Below are positions 20,901 to 30,137 of a DNA stretch of 64,000 nt, piece after piece. The stretch is from Polyangiales bacterium (GTDB taxonomy: Bacteria > Myxococcota_A > Polyangia > Polyangiales > Ga0077539). Every line of letters starts with the position of its first letter. Within the stretch, counting starts at the first letter, position 1. Position numbers and translations under genes: made by a program. The stretch spans positions 832,001 to 896,000 of the forward strand of contig JBGARZ010000002.1 in assembly GCA_044229975.1 (NCBI GenBank). The letters are read 5' to 3'. The notes under the pieces are model-generated. The model was not told the DNA's origin and did no database searches. It saw nothing but the letters and a program-made list of their open reading frames with translations.

Positions 20901-22104
20901 TGGCCGCGTCGCCGTCGCAGTCGCCGAAGCCCGCCGCGCACGAGCCCACGCAGACCCCGGCCGCGCACGCGTTGGCGCCGTTGAGCCGCGGAACGCACGC
21001 CCCCCCGCACGCCCCGCAGTGGGCGTCGCTGGTGGTGAGGTCGGTCTCGCAGCCGTTGGCGGCGTCGCCGTCGCAGTTGCCCCAGCCCGTCTCGCAGGTG
21101 AGCTGGCACGCGCCGTCGCTGCACGCCGGGGTCGCGTGGGCGCCGGGCGGGCAGAGGTTGCCGCAGGCGCCGCAGTGCATCGGGCTGCGCCGCAGCTCGA
21201 CCTCGCAGCCGTTGGTCGCCACGCCGTCGCAGTCGCCCTGCGTCGCCACCTCGTTGCAACGGACACCGCATCGACCGGCCGAACACGTCGGCGACGAGCC
21301 CGCGCCCGCCGGGCACACGGCGTCGCAGCTCCCGCAGCTCGCCGGGTCGGACTGGAGGTCGACGCAGCGCGATCCGCACATGGTCGTCCCGGCCGGACAC
21401 GACGGCTGGCAGGAGTAGCTGCGCGCGCTGCTGCCAGGGTCGACGGCGACGAGGCAGAGCCCTCGCTCGCCCGAGCAGCGGGTCGCGCAGGCGCCGCAGT
21501 GATCGGACTGCCCGAGGTCGGCCTCGCAGCCGTTGGAGGCGGCGCCGTCGCAGTCGGCGAAGCCCGCGCGGCACTGCGTCGCGCACACCCCGTCGCGGCA
21601 CACGCCCGGCGCGCCGTCGACGCCCGCGCAGGCGTTGCCACAGGTCCCGCAGTGGGCCGCCGAGGAGCGCAGGTCGACCTCGCAGCCGTTGCGGACGTCC
21701 GCGTCACAGTCGGCGAAGCCCGTCGGGCAGACGAGCTGACACGCGCCGTCGACGCAGGAGTTGAAGGGGTTGATGACCTGACAGTCGTAGTCGCCGAGGC
21801 AGCGCGACTGGCACACCCCGTCGCGGGTGCAGAAGGTCGCCGCGGGACAGTCGCTCGAATACAGGCACGGTCGCGGGGCGTTGCGCGACGCGCAGATGGA
21901 GACGCCCGCGAGGCTGCGGGCGCACACGCCATTGTCGGGGCAGTCGCTGTCCTGCGCGCAGGGCGCCCGGCACGTCGTCCCGACGCACACCTGCGGGCTC
22001 TCGCAGTCGGCGTTGTAGCGGCACTGCCCGGCCGGAACGCCGTCGCTCGTACAGCCCACCGCACCGAGAAGGAGACCGCCCAGAACCAGCCCGAAGGCGC
22101 GCAT
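17998..22104 (-). CDS. Giant Cys-rich repeat lipoprotein: 16 CDxxxxNGCE repeats, Stig1-like units, C-terminal PPC-like domains
   Basis: Lipobox AVGC; repeats counted in translation; head begins NDTCQTATPI...DVFFSFTL...GFDTVL...CNDD...PGTYFL; alternative start 22116. Confidence 0.85.
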   Translation of the reverse strand: MRAFGLVLGGLLLGAVGCTSDGVPAGQCRYNADCESPQVCVGTTCRAPCAQDSDCPDNGVCARSLAGVSICASRNAPRPCLYSSDCPAATFCTRDGVCQSRCLGDYDCQVINPFNSCVDGACQLVCPTGFADCDADVRNGCEVDLRSSAAHCGTCGNACAGVDGAPGVCRDGVCATQCRAGFADCDGAASNGCEADLGQSDHCGACATRCSGERGLCLVAVDPGSSARSYSCQPSCPAGTTMCGSRCVDLQSDPASCGSCDAVCPAGAGSSPTCSAGRCGVRCNEVATQGDCDGVATNGCEVELRRSPMHCGACGNLCPPGAHATPACSDGACQLTCETGWGNCDGDAANGCETDLTTSDAHCGACGGACVPRLNGANACAAGVCVGSCAAGFGDCDGDAANGCEVTTTTTVAHCGGCGMACAARTNSEVECAEGACRYRCAAGFADCDGDAANGCEVALGTSAAHCGACGRACSATNGTPACTAGVCGITCTTGFGNCDGDVANGCETDTASNTLNCGSCRNVCNFPGAGARCAAGACVRTDCGQGLGDCDGMAGNGCETMLATSAENCGACGNRCVLANATAVCRAGGCAVGTCNAGFADCDGNPANGCEVSLATDALHCGMCPLACGTANGVASCVMSACRIACTTGYGNCDGQTPNGCETNLNTTVASCGACGRACALAHATSGCAAGACTVVTCDAGWANCDGNAANGCETDLNNTVGSCGACGRACSLPNATPACRSGACAVSMCAAGYGDCDAMAANGCETNLNTTVTSCGVCGRACSLPNATAACTAGACAVAACAPGFGNCDGMAANGCETDLRSTNSNCGTCGTVCGAGTVCSGSLCGSICGAGTTYCAGRCVNLTSDPAHCSACGMACPPRANATPVCRASACGFTCNTGFADCDGNPANGCETNLNTTVASCGACGNACMLANATPSCVAGACAVASCTTGFGNCDGVAANGCETNTTTSTTHCNACGNACTVANGTPGCRTGCAVAACNAGYGDCDGAYANGCEAVLATDNANCGACGTVCGSGTTCTASRCVPVNDTCQTATPIDLARGSAIDLPFTVVNGDHTTNVSTNCVASTGADVFFSFTLTQTELVHADTFGAGFDTVLFIARDGRPRGGACDNYILGGRPGEVWCNDDAVNTSRDDVYTPRCTSGGAQSMIVGRFNPGTYFLGVAGYASNVGSGTIHFQHLPITTNGAVEYVPNVVSGSQYSFSRRPFVTPGTVNTTCGGTGIGPEDTFWWRSCPEVTAGTRLRAHSCYTPTPIDTIIDVRNGSGAAGLCNDDAGSGCSGNSASARVDLTLPGGAGIHTLTLDTYREPAAGSLYYLVINEIIIGARDRRGPFLGSVCLAQAVSRAPRF

Positions 22105-22170
22105 GAAGGGGGACATGCGGGGATCTGAGGCCCCAAACGCCCGCCGGTCAACCACCGCGCGAGCGACAGC

Positions 22171-23439
22171 CTACATCCCGACCGGCGGGTCGTTGGTGAG
22201 CCCGAGCACCGCCGCGCGCACCGCGGCGACGAGGTAGAGGCTGCCGCAGGCGAGCACCACGCCATCACCGGCCACGGCACGGGCTGCCGCGAGGGCGTCG
22301 GTCGGCGACGCGCAGGGCTCCCCATCGAGCGCGTCCCGCATCGCCATGGGCGCCACCGCCCTCGGCAACGGGGCCGCGGCGTAGAAGCGTCGAGCGTCCG
22401 GAAAACGTGCTGCGAGCTGGCCGAGCATCGCGGCCCACGGCTTGTCGGTGGAGGCGCCGAAGACGAGGGCCTTCACCGGCGGAAGTGCAGCAGAGGCGCA
22501 GAGCGCCGCGACACCATCGGGGTTGTGGCCGCCATCGAGGAGGACATCGCCGAGGTGTTCCATGCGGCCGGGCCAGCGGACGGCGGCGAGACCGCGTGCG
22601 ACGGCTGCTGGTGCGATGGGCGCGCCACGCACCGTGAGGCGATCGATGACGGCGAGCGCCGTCGCGACGTTTTCGGCCTGGTATGCGCCCCTCAACGCCG
22701 CGGTGAAGACCACTCGCTCGCCCGCAAGCGTGCCCTCCAACGTGAGCCCGTCGGGCCCGTCACCGAGCACCGTCACGGGTGGCGCGTCGACGAGCGGCGC
22801 GCCCACCGATCGCGCGACCCGCACGATGGCCTCACGTGCTTCGGACGGCGCCGCGAGCCGCGGGCCGAGCACACACATCACACCCGGCTTGAGCACGCCG
22901 GCCTTCTCCGTCGCGATCGCTCCGAGCGTGTCGCCAAGGTACCCCTGGTGATCGAGCGCGACGCTGGTGATGACCGTGATCTCCGGCGCGCACACCGTCG
23001 TCGCGTCGAGGCGGCCGCCGAGCCCGACCTCCAGCACCACGCGCGTCACGCCAGCGCCCTCGAAGCACATCCACCCGAGGGCGGTGGCCGCTTCGAAGAA
23101 GGTCAGCGTCGGAACCTCCCCGGCGGCCATCAGCGCGAGGAGCCGATCGCAGTGGGCGTTCGCGGAAGGCTCGTCGACGGGAGCGCCGTCGATGGCGATG
23201 CGCTCGACGAAGCGATGCAGGTGCGGCGAGGTGTAGCGGCCCACGTGCTCACCCGCGGCGCGCAACACGGCGTCGACGAGGGCGGTGACGCTGCCCTTGC
23301 CGTTGGTTCCGGCGACGTGCACCGCGGGCAGGCGGAGCTGCGGGTCGCCGAGACCACGGAGGGCGGCGCGCATGGCGGTGAGGTCGAGCACGACGCCGCG
23401 GGCGATGAGGGGCGCGAGGCGCTCGATGAGGGTGTTCAC
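22171..23439 (-). CDS. folC: Dihydrofolate/folylpolyglutamate synthase
   Basis: HVAGTNGKGS, YTSPHL, EVGLGGRLDAT, WPGR, DGGHN, GSLYL; follows accD. Confidence 0.95.
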   Translation of the reverse strand: MNTLIERLAPLIARGVVLDLTAMRAALRGLGDPQLRLPAVHVAGTNGKGSVTALVDAVLRAAGEHVGRYTSPHLHRFVERIAIDGAPVDEPSANAHCDRLLALMAAGEVPTLTFFEAATALGWMCFEGAGVTRVVLEVGLGGRLDATTVCAPEITVITSVALDHQGYLGDTLGAIATEKAGVLKPGVMCVLGPRLAAPSEAREAIVRVARSVGAPLVDAPPVTVLGDGPDGLTLEGTLAGERVVFTAALRGAYQAENVATALAVIDRLTVRGAPIAPAAVARGLAAVRWPGRMEHLGDVLLDGGHNPDGVAALCASAALPPVKALVFGASTDKPWAAMLGQLAARFPDARRFYAAAPLPRAVAPMAMRDALDGEPCASPTDALAAARAVAGDGVVLACGSLYLVAAVRAAVLGLTNDPPVGM

Positions 23440-24284
23440 GACGGCGAGTCGAAGAGCAGCCCGAGCACCCGAGCGAGCGTCGCGCGGAGCTCACCGCGCG
23501 GCACGATGGCGTCGATCATCCCGTGCTCCAACAAGAACTCACTACGCTGAAAGCCCTCGGGGAGCGTCTGCTTGATGGTCTGCTCGATGACCCGCGGCCC
23601 CGCGAAGCCGATGAGCGCGCCGGGCTCGGCCAGGTTGACGTCGCCGAGCAGCGCGTACGACGCCGCGACGCCGCCGGTCGTGGGGTCGAGCAGCACCGAC
23701 ACGAAGGGGACTCCCGCGTCGGCCAGCAGCCCCCGCGCGGCGACGGTCTTGGCCATCTGCATGAGCGAGTGGATGCCCTCCTGCATCCGCGCTCCACCTG
23801 ATGCGCTCAGCACCACGACAGGTCGCCGCGCGCTCGCGCCCCGCTCGAACAGTCGCGCCAGGCGCTCGCCCACGACGCTCCCCATGGAGCCGCCCATGAA
23901 CCCGAACGCAAACACCCCGAGCGCGATGGGTCGACCATCGAGGGTGGCGTCGCCCACCACCACGGCGTCGGACTCGCCCGAGCTGCGCTGCGAGCGCGCG
24001 ACCCGGTCGGGGTACGTCTGCCCGTCGCTGAAGCCCAGCGGGTCGGCCGAGCGCAGCCCGTCGCCGATGGGCGCGAAGCTCTCCTCGTCGGCCAGCAGCG
24101 AGACCCAGCGCGCCGCGCTCAGGCGGTGGTGAAACCCGCAGCGGGGACACACCTCCCACGCGCGGGCGAGCTCGTCTTCGAGCAGCGTCGCGCCGCAGCC
24201 CCCACAGCGGCGAAACACGCCCGGCGCCACCGATCGCTTCTCGGCGCCATCGACGGTCGCCCGGTCTCGCCGACGCCAGTTCAT
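23436..24284 (-). CDS. accD: Acetyl-CoA carboxylase carboxyltransferase beta subunit
   Basis: C4 zinc ribbon, FMGGSMG, SGGARMQEG, PTTGGV, IGFAGPRVIEQT, FQRSEFL. Confidence 0.97.
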   Translation of the reverse strand: MNWRRRDRATVDGAEKRSVAPGVFRRCGGCGATLLEDELARAWEVCPRCGFHHRLSAARWVSLLADEESFAPIGDGLRSADPLGFSDGQTYPDRVARSQRSSGESDAVVVGDATLDGRPIALGVFAFGFMGGSMGSVVGERLARLFERGASARRPVVVLSASGGARMQEGIHSLMQMAKTVAARGLLADAGVPFVSVLLDPTTGGVAASYALLGDVNLAEPGALIGFAGPRVIEQTIKQTLPEGFQRSEFLLEHGMIDAIVPRGELRATLARVLGLLFDSPS

Positions 24285-24294
24285 GGCGAGACGT

Positions 24295-24936
24295 CTACCG
24301 CGCGCTGGGCGCGGGGGGAATCTTCGATCCGCGAACCACCATGGACGCCGCGCCGCGCAGCTCGAGGTTGTCGCGGCAGGGCATCACCTCCATCAGCGAG
24401 GCGTCCACCGCGTCGCCCGGTGAGTAGGTGGGCGGCGGCGCGAAGTGACCGCCCGTCGGCAGCGGGCCGAGGCGCGCCACGCAGGCGCCGAAGAGGTCCA
24501 TGGAGAGGTAGCGGTTGGGCTCGACGAAGAGCATCTCCAGCCACTCGCCGAAGCTCGACGCGAGGCGCTCGACCTTCGCGTCGAGCACGCGGAGCCGCAC
24601 CACCTTGCCGTCGCGATACCCGAACTGATCACCGAGCCCGGAGTCCGCGAAGAAGGTCACCCCGTCGAGGAGGAGGCCGAAGGACTGGCGCCAGCCATCG
24701 GGGCGGTTCCAGAGGTCGAGGGACTGGTTGGGGATGTCGGTGCGCGCGCCGAAGAAGTGCAGCGCGCCGTGCAGGGCGTAGCAGCCGTTCCAGCGGTAGA
24801 GGAAGCGGTGGTGGTCTTCCGCGCTGCGACCGGCGGCCTTCAGGGTCGCCATCGCCGAAGGGCCGTCGAAGGGAGGCGCCACGTGCCCCTGCACGATCGT
24901 GGGCTCCACCCATGCGAGGAGCTTCTGGAGGTCCAT
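24295..24936 (-). CDS. SMI1/KNR4 (SUKH)-like protein
   Basis: FLYRWNG..., FFADSGLGDQF, LASSFGEWL resemble SUKH-superfamily motifs. Confidence 0.6.
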   Translation of the reverse strand: MDLQKLLAWVEPTIVQGHVAPPFDGPSAMATLKAAGRSAEDHHRFLYRWNGCYALHGALHFFGARTDIPNQSLDLWNRPDGWRQSFGLLLDGVTFFADSGLGDQFGYRDGKVVRLRVLDAKVERLASSFGEWLEMLFVEPNRYLSMDLFGACVARLGPLPTGGHFAPPPTYSPGDAVDASLMEVMPCRDNLELRGAASMVVRGSKIPPAPSAR

Positions 24937-24988
24937 GACGTGGGACGATATCGCGAAAGTCAGGCACCGCGCGGCGCCACGACCTCCG

Positions 24989-25765
24989 TCACAGAACGAA
25001 CTCGTCGCCCAGGCTCAGCAGCTCCAGCCGGTCTTCGTGAAGCTGCGAGAGCTCCCGCTCCACCGCCGCCTGACACGCCGGCTTGATGTGAAACATCAGC
25101 CACGGGATGTCCTTGCGATCGAACTTCCGGAGCTCCCGTCCGAGCGTCGACGGCGTGTGGTGCCCCGACACCTTGGCGAGCCACTCCAGTTCGTTGGGGA
25201 AGCTCACCTCCTGGAGCACCGCCTTGAGTCCGGGTGTCTCGCGCAGCACCTCCCAGAAGCGGTCGGTGGGCCCCGTGTCGCCCGAAAACGCCAGCGACGT
25301 CCCCTCGCGCGACACCACGATGCCGGCGCTCTCGATGGTGTGCGAGACCAGCACGGCCTTGAGCGAGTAGCCCACGATGTCCTGGGCCACCTCGGGTTCG
25401 AGCACCTTGAGCACCACCGTCGAACCACCACCCGCGACCAGCGGGATGTTGGTGAAGTCGGGCCAGAGGACGTTGTTGAAGAAGTGCTCGCGCAGCGCGC
25501 GGATGGTGGCCGCGGTGCCCGCCACGACGAGCGGGGTGTTGCCCCCCTGGCAGCGGTTGTCGGCGAGCGACGCGAGGTCGCGCACGTGATCGAGGTGGGC
25601 GTGGGAGACCACCACGGCGTCGAGCTTCATCTGCTCTTCGAGGGTCAGCATCGCCGTCGTGGCGCCGGCATCGAGCGCGAGCCGACCGTCCACGAGGAAG
25701 CTCGTCGTGCGGTGCTTCGCCGTCTCGCCGCCATGGCACCCGAGGATCTTCAGTTCCATGGTCAC
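24989..25765 (-). CDS. Class II 3',5'-cyclic-nucleotide phosphodiesterase (metallo-beta-lactamase fold)
   Basis: LGCHGG, DAG, SHAHLDH, HFFNNVLWPDF, FSGDTG, EVSFP, GHHTP, HIKP. Confidence 0.88.
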   Translation of the reverse strand: MTMELKILGCHGGETAKHRTTSFLVDGRLALDAGATTAMLTLEEQMKLDAVVVSHAHLDHVRDLASLADNRCQGGNTPLVVAGTAATIRALREHFFNNVLWPDFTNIPLVAGGGSTVVLKVLEPEVAQDIVGYSLKAVLVSHTIESAGIVVSREGTSLAFSGDTGPTDRFWEVLRETPGLKAVLQEVSFPNELEWLAKVSGHHTPSTLGRELRKFDRKDIPWLMFHIKPACQAAVERELSQLHEDRLELLSLGDEFVL

Positions 25766-26409
25766 GCCCCCTCTGTGGCTGGTCGTTCGAGTGCATCCAC
25801 GAAGGCGTAGAGCTGGTCGGGCTCCGGGAGCAGCCAGCCGTAGCCCTCGGCCGCCCGCACCAGCCGCACCCGCACCAGTCGATCGAGGACGGCCTGCACC
25901 GTCTGGATGTCGAGCCCCACCATCGAGGCCAGGTCGTCGGCCGACAGCGCGAGGCGCACCCCGCCGTCGACCTGCTCGCCGTACTCCTCGCCCGCCCGCG
26001 CGAGCCCGAGCACCACGCGAGCCCGCGGGTCGGCCCGCGAGAGAATGTCGATATACGCGTTGGCGCTGTGCAGTCGGCGCGCGAGGCGCGTGATCATCCG
26101 AACGGCGATCTCACCGTTGCCGAGCACCATCGCCTCGAAGGTGCGGCCGTCGATGACCAGCGCGTCGAGCGCTTCGAGCGAGGTCGCGGTCGCCGTGCGC
26201 GGCTTGTCGTTGAGGATCGCCATCTCCCCGAAGAACTCCCCCGGACCGATGACCGCCAGCGTTCGCTCGCCCGACGGAAACACCTTGGAGATTCTCACCC
26301 GCCCGCTCTGGATGACGAACATCTCGGCGCCGGGGTCGCCCTCCCGGAAGAGCACCTGCCCCGCGGGGAAGCTCCGTCCGAAGCGGGAGGAAAGGGGTTC
26401 TGACGACAT
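25762..26409 (-). CDS. Crp/Fnr family transcriptional regulator
   Basis: cNMP domain LFREGD..GEFFGEMA..PRTATA; C-terminal HTH; start ATG 26409. Confidence 0.9.
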   Translation of the reverse strand: MSSEPLSSRFGRSFPAGQVLFREGDPGAEMFVIQSGRVRISKVFPSGERTLAVIGPGEFFGEMAILNDKPRTATATSLEALDALVIDGRTFEAMVLGNGEIAVRMITRLARRLHSANAYIDILSRADPRARVVLGLARAGEEYGEQVDGGVRLALSADDLASMVGLDIQTVQAVLDRLVRVRLVRAAEGYGWLLPEPDQLYAFVDALERPATEGA

Positions 26410-26503
26410 CCCGCGGAAGTGTAACCGCCGCGCTTCGACAGGGTCAAAGCAAACGCCAGAAGCGCGCTGGCCAAGTTGCGTACACTCGCTGTTCGGATCC
26501 GCC

Positions 26504-27571
26504 GTGAAACCAGCCCTGCTCCTCGCCTGCTTGAGCCTGGGTTGCGCCGACGGCGCATCGCCGCCCCGACCGCCGAGCGCCCCGCCTCGCATCCCTCCGC
26601 GACCCCTCGCCCTGCGCCCAGGTCCTGCGGCACCTCGGCCCGAGCTCGGCGAAGCCCCGAGCGCCGCCCCCATCGACGACGACCTCGTCGCCCGGTGCGT
26701 TCGCCGTAACCGCGACTCGCTCGGCCCCGAGCTCGGTCGCGCGCTCCAGGCCCTCGCCGATGACTCCCTCCTCGAAGACTCCTGCCGCCTCGACCTCGCC
26801 GTGCGTCAGCGCGCCCCCGATCGGTGCGCCTCGCTCCACCTCTCCAGTCTCCGCGAGACCTGCGCGTTTCGCTCGGCCGTCGCCGCGGCCCGCCCGCTCT
26901 CCTGTCCACCGGCTCCGGGCCTGCGCGGCCGCGACCCGGTGTGCGTCGCCCTCGCCGCCCGCGACGCCTCCCTCTGCGGCGCCGCCTCGCTCGCCGAGAG
27001 AGCCCGCTGCCTCGCCCTCGCGACGGGCGATGGTCGACGCTGCGAGACCCTCGACCCGCTCCTGCGCCCCACCTGCCTGCGCGACCTCGAACCCCTCCGC
27101 GCCGTGATCGCACCGCTGCCCAACGCCAGCGTCCTCTCACCGGACGCCTCGCTCAACGTGTGGTCCACCGCCTCGGGCGATGCGAGCGCGGGTGTCCCCG
27201 CGCCGTGGCTCATTCGCGGGGTGTTCGCCGACGAGGTGGGCTCCATCTGGGTGGTCAACCCCGCCGTGGGTTGGCCCCGCGCGACGACCCTCACCAACGA
27301 CGAGACGCAGGTGGGTGTGGTGCTTCGGGCAGAGCGCGGCGCGGCAGCAGTGCTCGACGCGAGGCTGGTGCCGCCGGGCGCGGTCGCGCTCTCCGTGGGC
27401 GACGGCACCCTGCGGGCGACGGCGATGTTGACCCGCGCATCGGCCCGACGCGGCGGGCGCGTGGCCGGGCGGGTCACCTTCGAGGGCGTCACCGGGGGAC
27501 GGGTGCTTCGGGTCGAGCTGCGCTTCGATACCTTCGTGCGAGACGTGGTCGACGCCGCGACGTTGCGGTAA
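26504..27571 (+). CDS. Cys-rich hypothetical lipoprotein
   Basis: GTG start, MKPALLLACLSLGC; repeated C-x8-9-R-x2-C helical units. Confidence 0.65.
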   Translation: MKPALLLACLSLGCADGASPPRPPSAPPRIPPRPLALRPGPAAPRPELGEAPSAAPIDDDLVARCVRRNRDSLGPELGRALQALADDSLLEDSCRLDLAVRQRAPDRCASLHLSSLRETCAFRSAVAAARPLSCPPAPGLRGRDPVCVALAARDASLCGAASLAERARCLALATGDGRRCETLDPLLRPTCLRDLEPLRAVIAPLPNASVLSPDASLNVWSTASGDASAGVPAPWLIRGVFADEVGSIWVVNPAVGWPRATTLTNDETQVGVVLRAERGAAAVLDARLVPPGAVALSVGDGTLRATAMLTRASARRGGRVAGRVTFEGVTGGRVLRVELRFDTFVRDVVDAATLR

Positions 27572-27600
27572 TCCTGCGGCTGAAGTTCGTCTAAAACCTC

Positions 27601-28743
27601 GTGACGTCCCCCCCACAGCTCATCAATCACCCTAACGCCCTCTCGGCCGCTGTCCGCCGTCTCGCCGAAGCGCCATCCATCGCGCTCGACTGCGAGAGCG
27701 ACGGCCTCCACCACTGGAGGAGTCGGCTCTGCGTGTTGCAGTGCGGTCTGCCCGACGGAGAGGTGTTTCTCTTCGACGCGCTCGCGCTGCCCCTCGGCGA
27801 CGCGCTCGGCGCGCTGCTCAGCGGCGACGGGCCCGTGAAGATCCTGCACGACCTCTATTTCGATGCGTGGCTGTTGCAGGGCGTGGGCGTCACCCTCGGA
27901 CGCGTCGTCGACACGTCCGTGCACGCGCGCTTCCTGGGGCTGCGCGAGACGGGCCTCGCCTCGCTCCTCGGGCAGCGCTTCGGCGTCGCGCTCGACAAGC
28001 GGTTTCAGCAGTACGACTGGGCGAAGCGACCGCTCGATGAGGCGCTCCAGACCTACCTCGCCAACGACGTTCGGCACCTGCACGACCTGCACGGCGTCCT
28101 CGACCACGACGCCCGCGCGCTCGGCATCGAGGCCGAGGTCGAAGAGGAGACCCGCTACGCCCTCCGGCGCGCCCAGCGCGACGCGAGCGACGACCGTCCG
28201 ACCTACGCGAAGGTGAAGGGTCGCCACGGACTCGAAGCGCCCGCCCGCGCGGCGATGCGTCGGCTCGCTGCCGCCCGCGAGGTGTTGGCCGAGGCGCGCG
28301 ACCTGCCGTCCGGGAGGGTGCTCAGCAACGCGGCGCTGGTCGACCTCGCGCGGCGTCGACCGCGTTCCAACGAGCGGATGAAGACCATCGTCGGCGGCGG
28401 TCTGCGCGACGACGAGGCGCTCGCACAGTGGCAGGCGGCGCTGCGCGAGGCCGACGGCGACGGCGACGTACCCGCGGACGAGTTGCGGTGGTTTCGCTCC
28501 GAGCGCCCGTCGATGGACCCGGTGCTGCGGCGCAAGCGCGAGGTGACGCTCCAGAAGTGGCGCCAGGAGACGGCCGCCGCGCGAGGGCTCGACGTGCAGG
28601 TGGTGCTGCCGGGTCACTGCCTGGAGGTCATCGCGGGCGCCGACGTGCGCGACGCGGACGACCTGCGGAGCATCGACGGCCTCGGCGAGTCGCGGTGGCG
28701 GCGCGACGGGGTCGCCATCGCGGCCTGCCTCGCGGCGCCGTAG
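27601..28743 (+). CDS. rnd: Ribonuclease D (DEDDy 3'-5' exonuclease plus HRDC)
   Basis: ALDCE, KILHD...D, DT, DWAKRPL...YLANDV, HRDC-like C-terminus. Confidence 0.85.
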   Translation: MTSPPQLINHPNALSAAVRRLAEAPSIALDCESDGLHHWRSRLCVLQCGLPDGEVFLFDALALPLGDALGALLSGDGPVKILHDLYFDAWLLQGVGVTLGRVVDTSVHARFLGLRETGLASLLGQRFGVALDKRFQQYDWAKRPLDEALQTYLANDVRHLHDLHGVLDHDARALGIEAEVEEETRYALRRAQRDASDDRPTYAKVKGRHGLEAPARAAMRRLAAAREVLAEARDLPSGRVLSNAALVDLARRRPRSNERMKTIVGGGLRDDEALAQWQAALREADGDGDVPADELRWFRSERPSMDPVLRRKREVTLQKWRQETAAARGLDVQVVLPGHCLEVIAGADVRDADDLRSIDGLGESRWRRDGVAIAACLAAP

Positions 28744-29235
28744 CTACGACTGGTCGCGGAGGCGCATGAGACCCGCCCAGCGCGAGGCCACCCGGATGAG
28801 CGCGCCCCGCAACGGAGCAGAGGGCACCTCGCGAATCGCCTGCGACACCTCGTAGGGAACAGGCGCGGGCCGAACGATCGCCTTCGGCTTCGGCGCGACC
28901 TTCTCGGGCACCGCTCCTCGCGGCCCCTGCTTGAAACGCAGCTCGGACACCTCGGCGCCCGCTACCACGCGTTGCACGCGCAGCAACAACTGCTGCCGCT
29001 GGGCGTGGAGCTCCTGGAGCCACGTCGTGTTGCGCACCCAGACGGTGAGCACGCCGCTGCGGAGGGACACCGGCTGCGTCGCGGCGGCGATGTCGGGACC
29101 GACGGCCTCTTCCCACGCGGGCCAGACGCCCAGCGCCTGGCGCACCCTCGCCGGGTCGCGGATGGCCTCGGCGAGCAGCGTCCCGATGTGCGCGGTGCCG
29201 ATGGCCTCGTACCGAACGTTGCGTCGCAGCTTCAC
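28744..29235 (-). CDS. dciA: DUF721/DciA family protein
   Basis: WEEAVGPDIAAATQP..LRSGVLTVWV..TTWLQEL; GTG start 29235 overlapping the btpA-like stop. Confidence 0.75.
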   Translation of the reverse strand: MKLRRNVRYEAIGTAHIGTLLAEAIRDPARVRQALGVWPAWEEAVGPDIAAATQPVSLRSGVLTVWVRNTTWLQELHAQRQQLLLRVQRVVAGAEVSELRFKQGPRGAVPEKVAPKPKAIVRPAPVPYEVSQAIREVPSAPLRGALIRVASRWAGLMRLRDQS

Positions 29236-30038
29236 GCTCCTGCCTCCCGCCACGCGCGAGCGAAGGCCAGGGCGAGCGCCGGGTCGATGCTGCCGCCCGC
29301 CACGCCGCCTTCGCGAAGCGCGCTGCCCACGATGGCGCCATCCGCCAGGGCCGCCCACCGCGCGGCGGTGTCGGCGCGCACGCCGCTGCCGAGCCACACC
29401 GGCGTATGGGACACGGCGGCCTTCACGCGCGCGAGGAGGTTCTCGTCGGCGGCTGCGCCGGTGCGGGCGCCGGTGACGATCACCACGTCGGCGAGGGCGC
29501 GCTCGACGACCTCGACGGCCTCTTCGGCGACGGCGTCGTCGCCCGCTGCGCCGAGCGGAGACGAGTGCTTCACGCCGACGTCCGCGACGATGGAGACGCC
29601 CTTCGCGTCGAGGTGGCGGCGCAGGCGAAGGAGCCGCGCGGCGTCGGTCTCTATGATGCCCTGGTCGGCGACGCGGGCGCCCGCGAGGATGTTCACGCGG
29701 ATGAAGCGCGCCTCGGTCGCGACGGCCACCGCGAGCGCCGAGGCCCCGTCGTTGCGAAGCACGTTGACGCCCAGCGGGAGACCCGAGGCCGAGCGCGCGG
29801 TGTCGGCGAGCACCGCCATCGCGGCCACCGTCTCGGGCGGAACCGCGCCGCGGAAGAACGGCGCGTCGCCGAAGTTCTCCACCAGCACGGCGTCGAAGCC
29901 CGCGGCCGCGAGCGCCAGCGCGTCTTCGGCGGTGCGAGCCCGCAGCGATCGCATCGACAGCACCGACCGCGGCGCGCCGGGGAGCGGGGGAAGGTGGATG
30001 ACGCCCACCAGCGCGCGGCCACTCTCTCGAAAGCGCAT
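29232..30038 (-). CDS. BtpA/SgcQ family TIM-barrel protein
   Basis: GVIHLPPLPGAP, ENFGDAPF, GVNVLRND, ADVGVKHS, VTGARTG, GSGV. Confidence 0.9.
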   Translation of the reverse strand: MRFRESGRALVGVIHLPPLPGAPRSVLSMRSLRARTAEDALALAAAGFDAVLVENFGDAPFFRGAVPPETVAAMAVLADTARSASGLPLGVNVLRNDGASALAVAVATEARFIRVNILAGARVADQGIIETDAARLLRLRRHLDAKGVSIVADVGVKHSSPLGAAGDDAVAEEAVEVVERALADVVIVTGARTGAAADENLLARVKAAVSHTPVWLGSGVRADTAARWAALADGAIVGSALREGGVAGGSIDPALALAFARAWREAGA

Positions 30039-30137
30039 GACCGCGTTGTCCTCCACCGCATCGATGGCCGCAACTCCAGGGCATTGCCCGAACGGTGCGC
30101 CACCTGCAGGATTCCGATAGATTCCCGCGCAACTCCT

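Noticed and set aside
18960..21730. Periodic DNA repeats (cgcagccgttggc...gtcgcagt) resembling a CRISPR or satellite array
   Set aside because: Codon-degenerate coding repeats of the CDxxxxNGCE motif; no cas genes in the window
18787..22128. Long antisense or alternate-frame ORFs (also 3084..5822, 14076..16871, 41617..44616, 59113..61110, 61975..63993)
   Set aside because: Arg/Ala/Gly-rich, motif-free and overlapping well-supported genes; expected from stop-codon scarcity at high GC
24989..26409. MBL hydrolase plus cNMP-binding gene as a Pycsar/CBASS-type defence system
   Set aside because: No cyclase or toxic effector domain; the regulator has an ordinary HTH; housekeeping context
26468..26480. 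TGGC...TTGC resembling a sigma54 promoter
   Set aside because: GG-to-GC spacing is 7 bp, not the required 10
28741..28746. Abutting convergent stop codons of rnd and the dciA-like gene (TAGCTA)
   Set aside because: Common compact arrangement; no functional claim supportable
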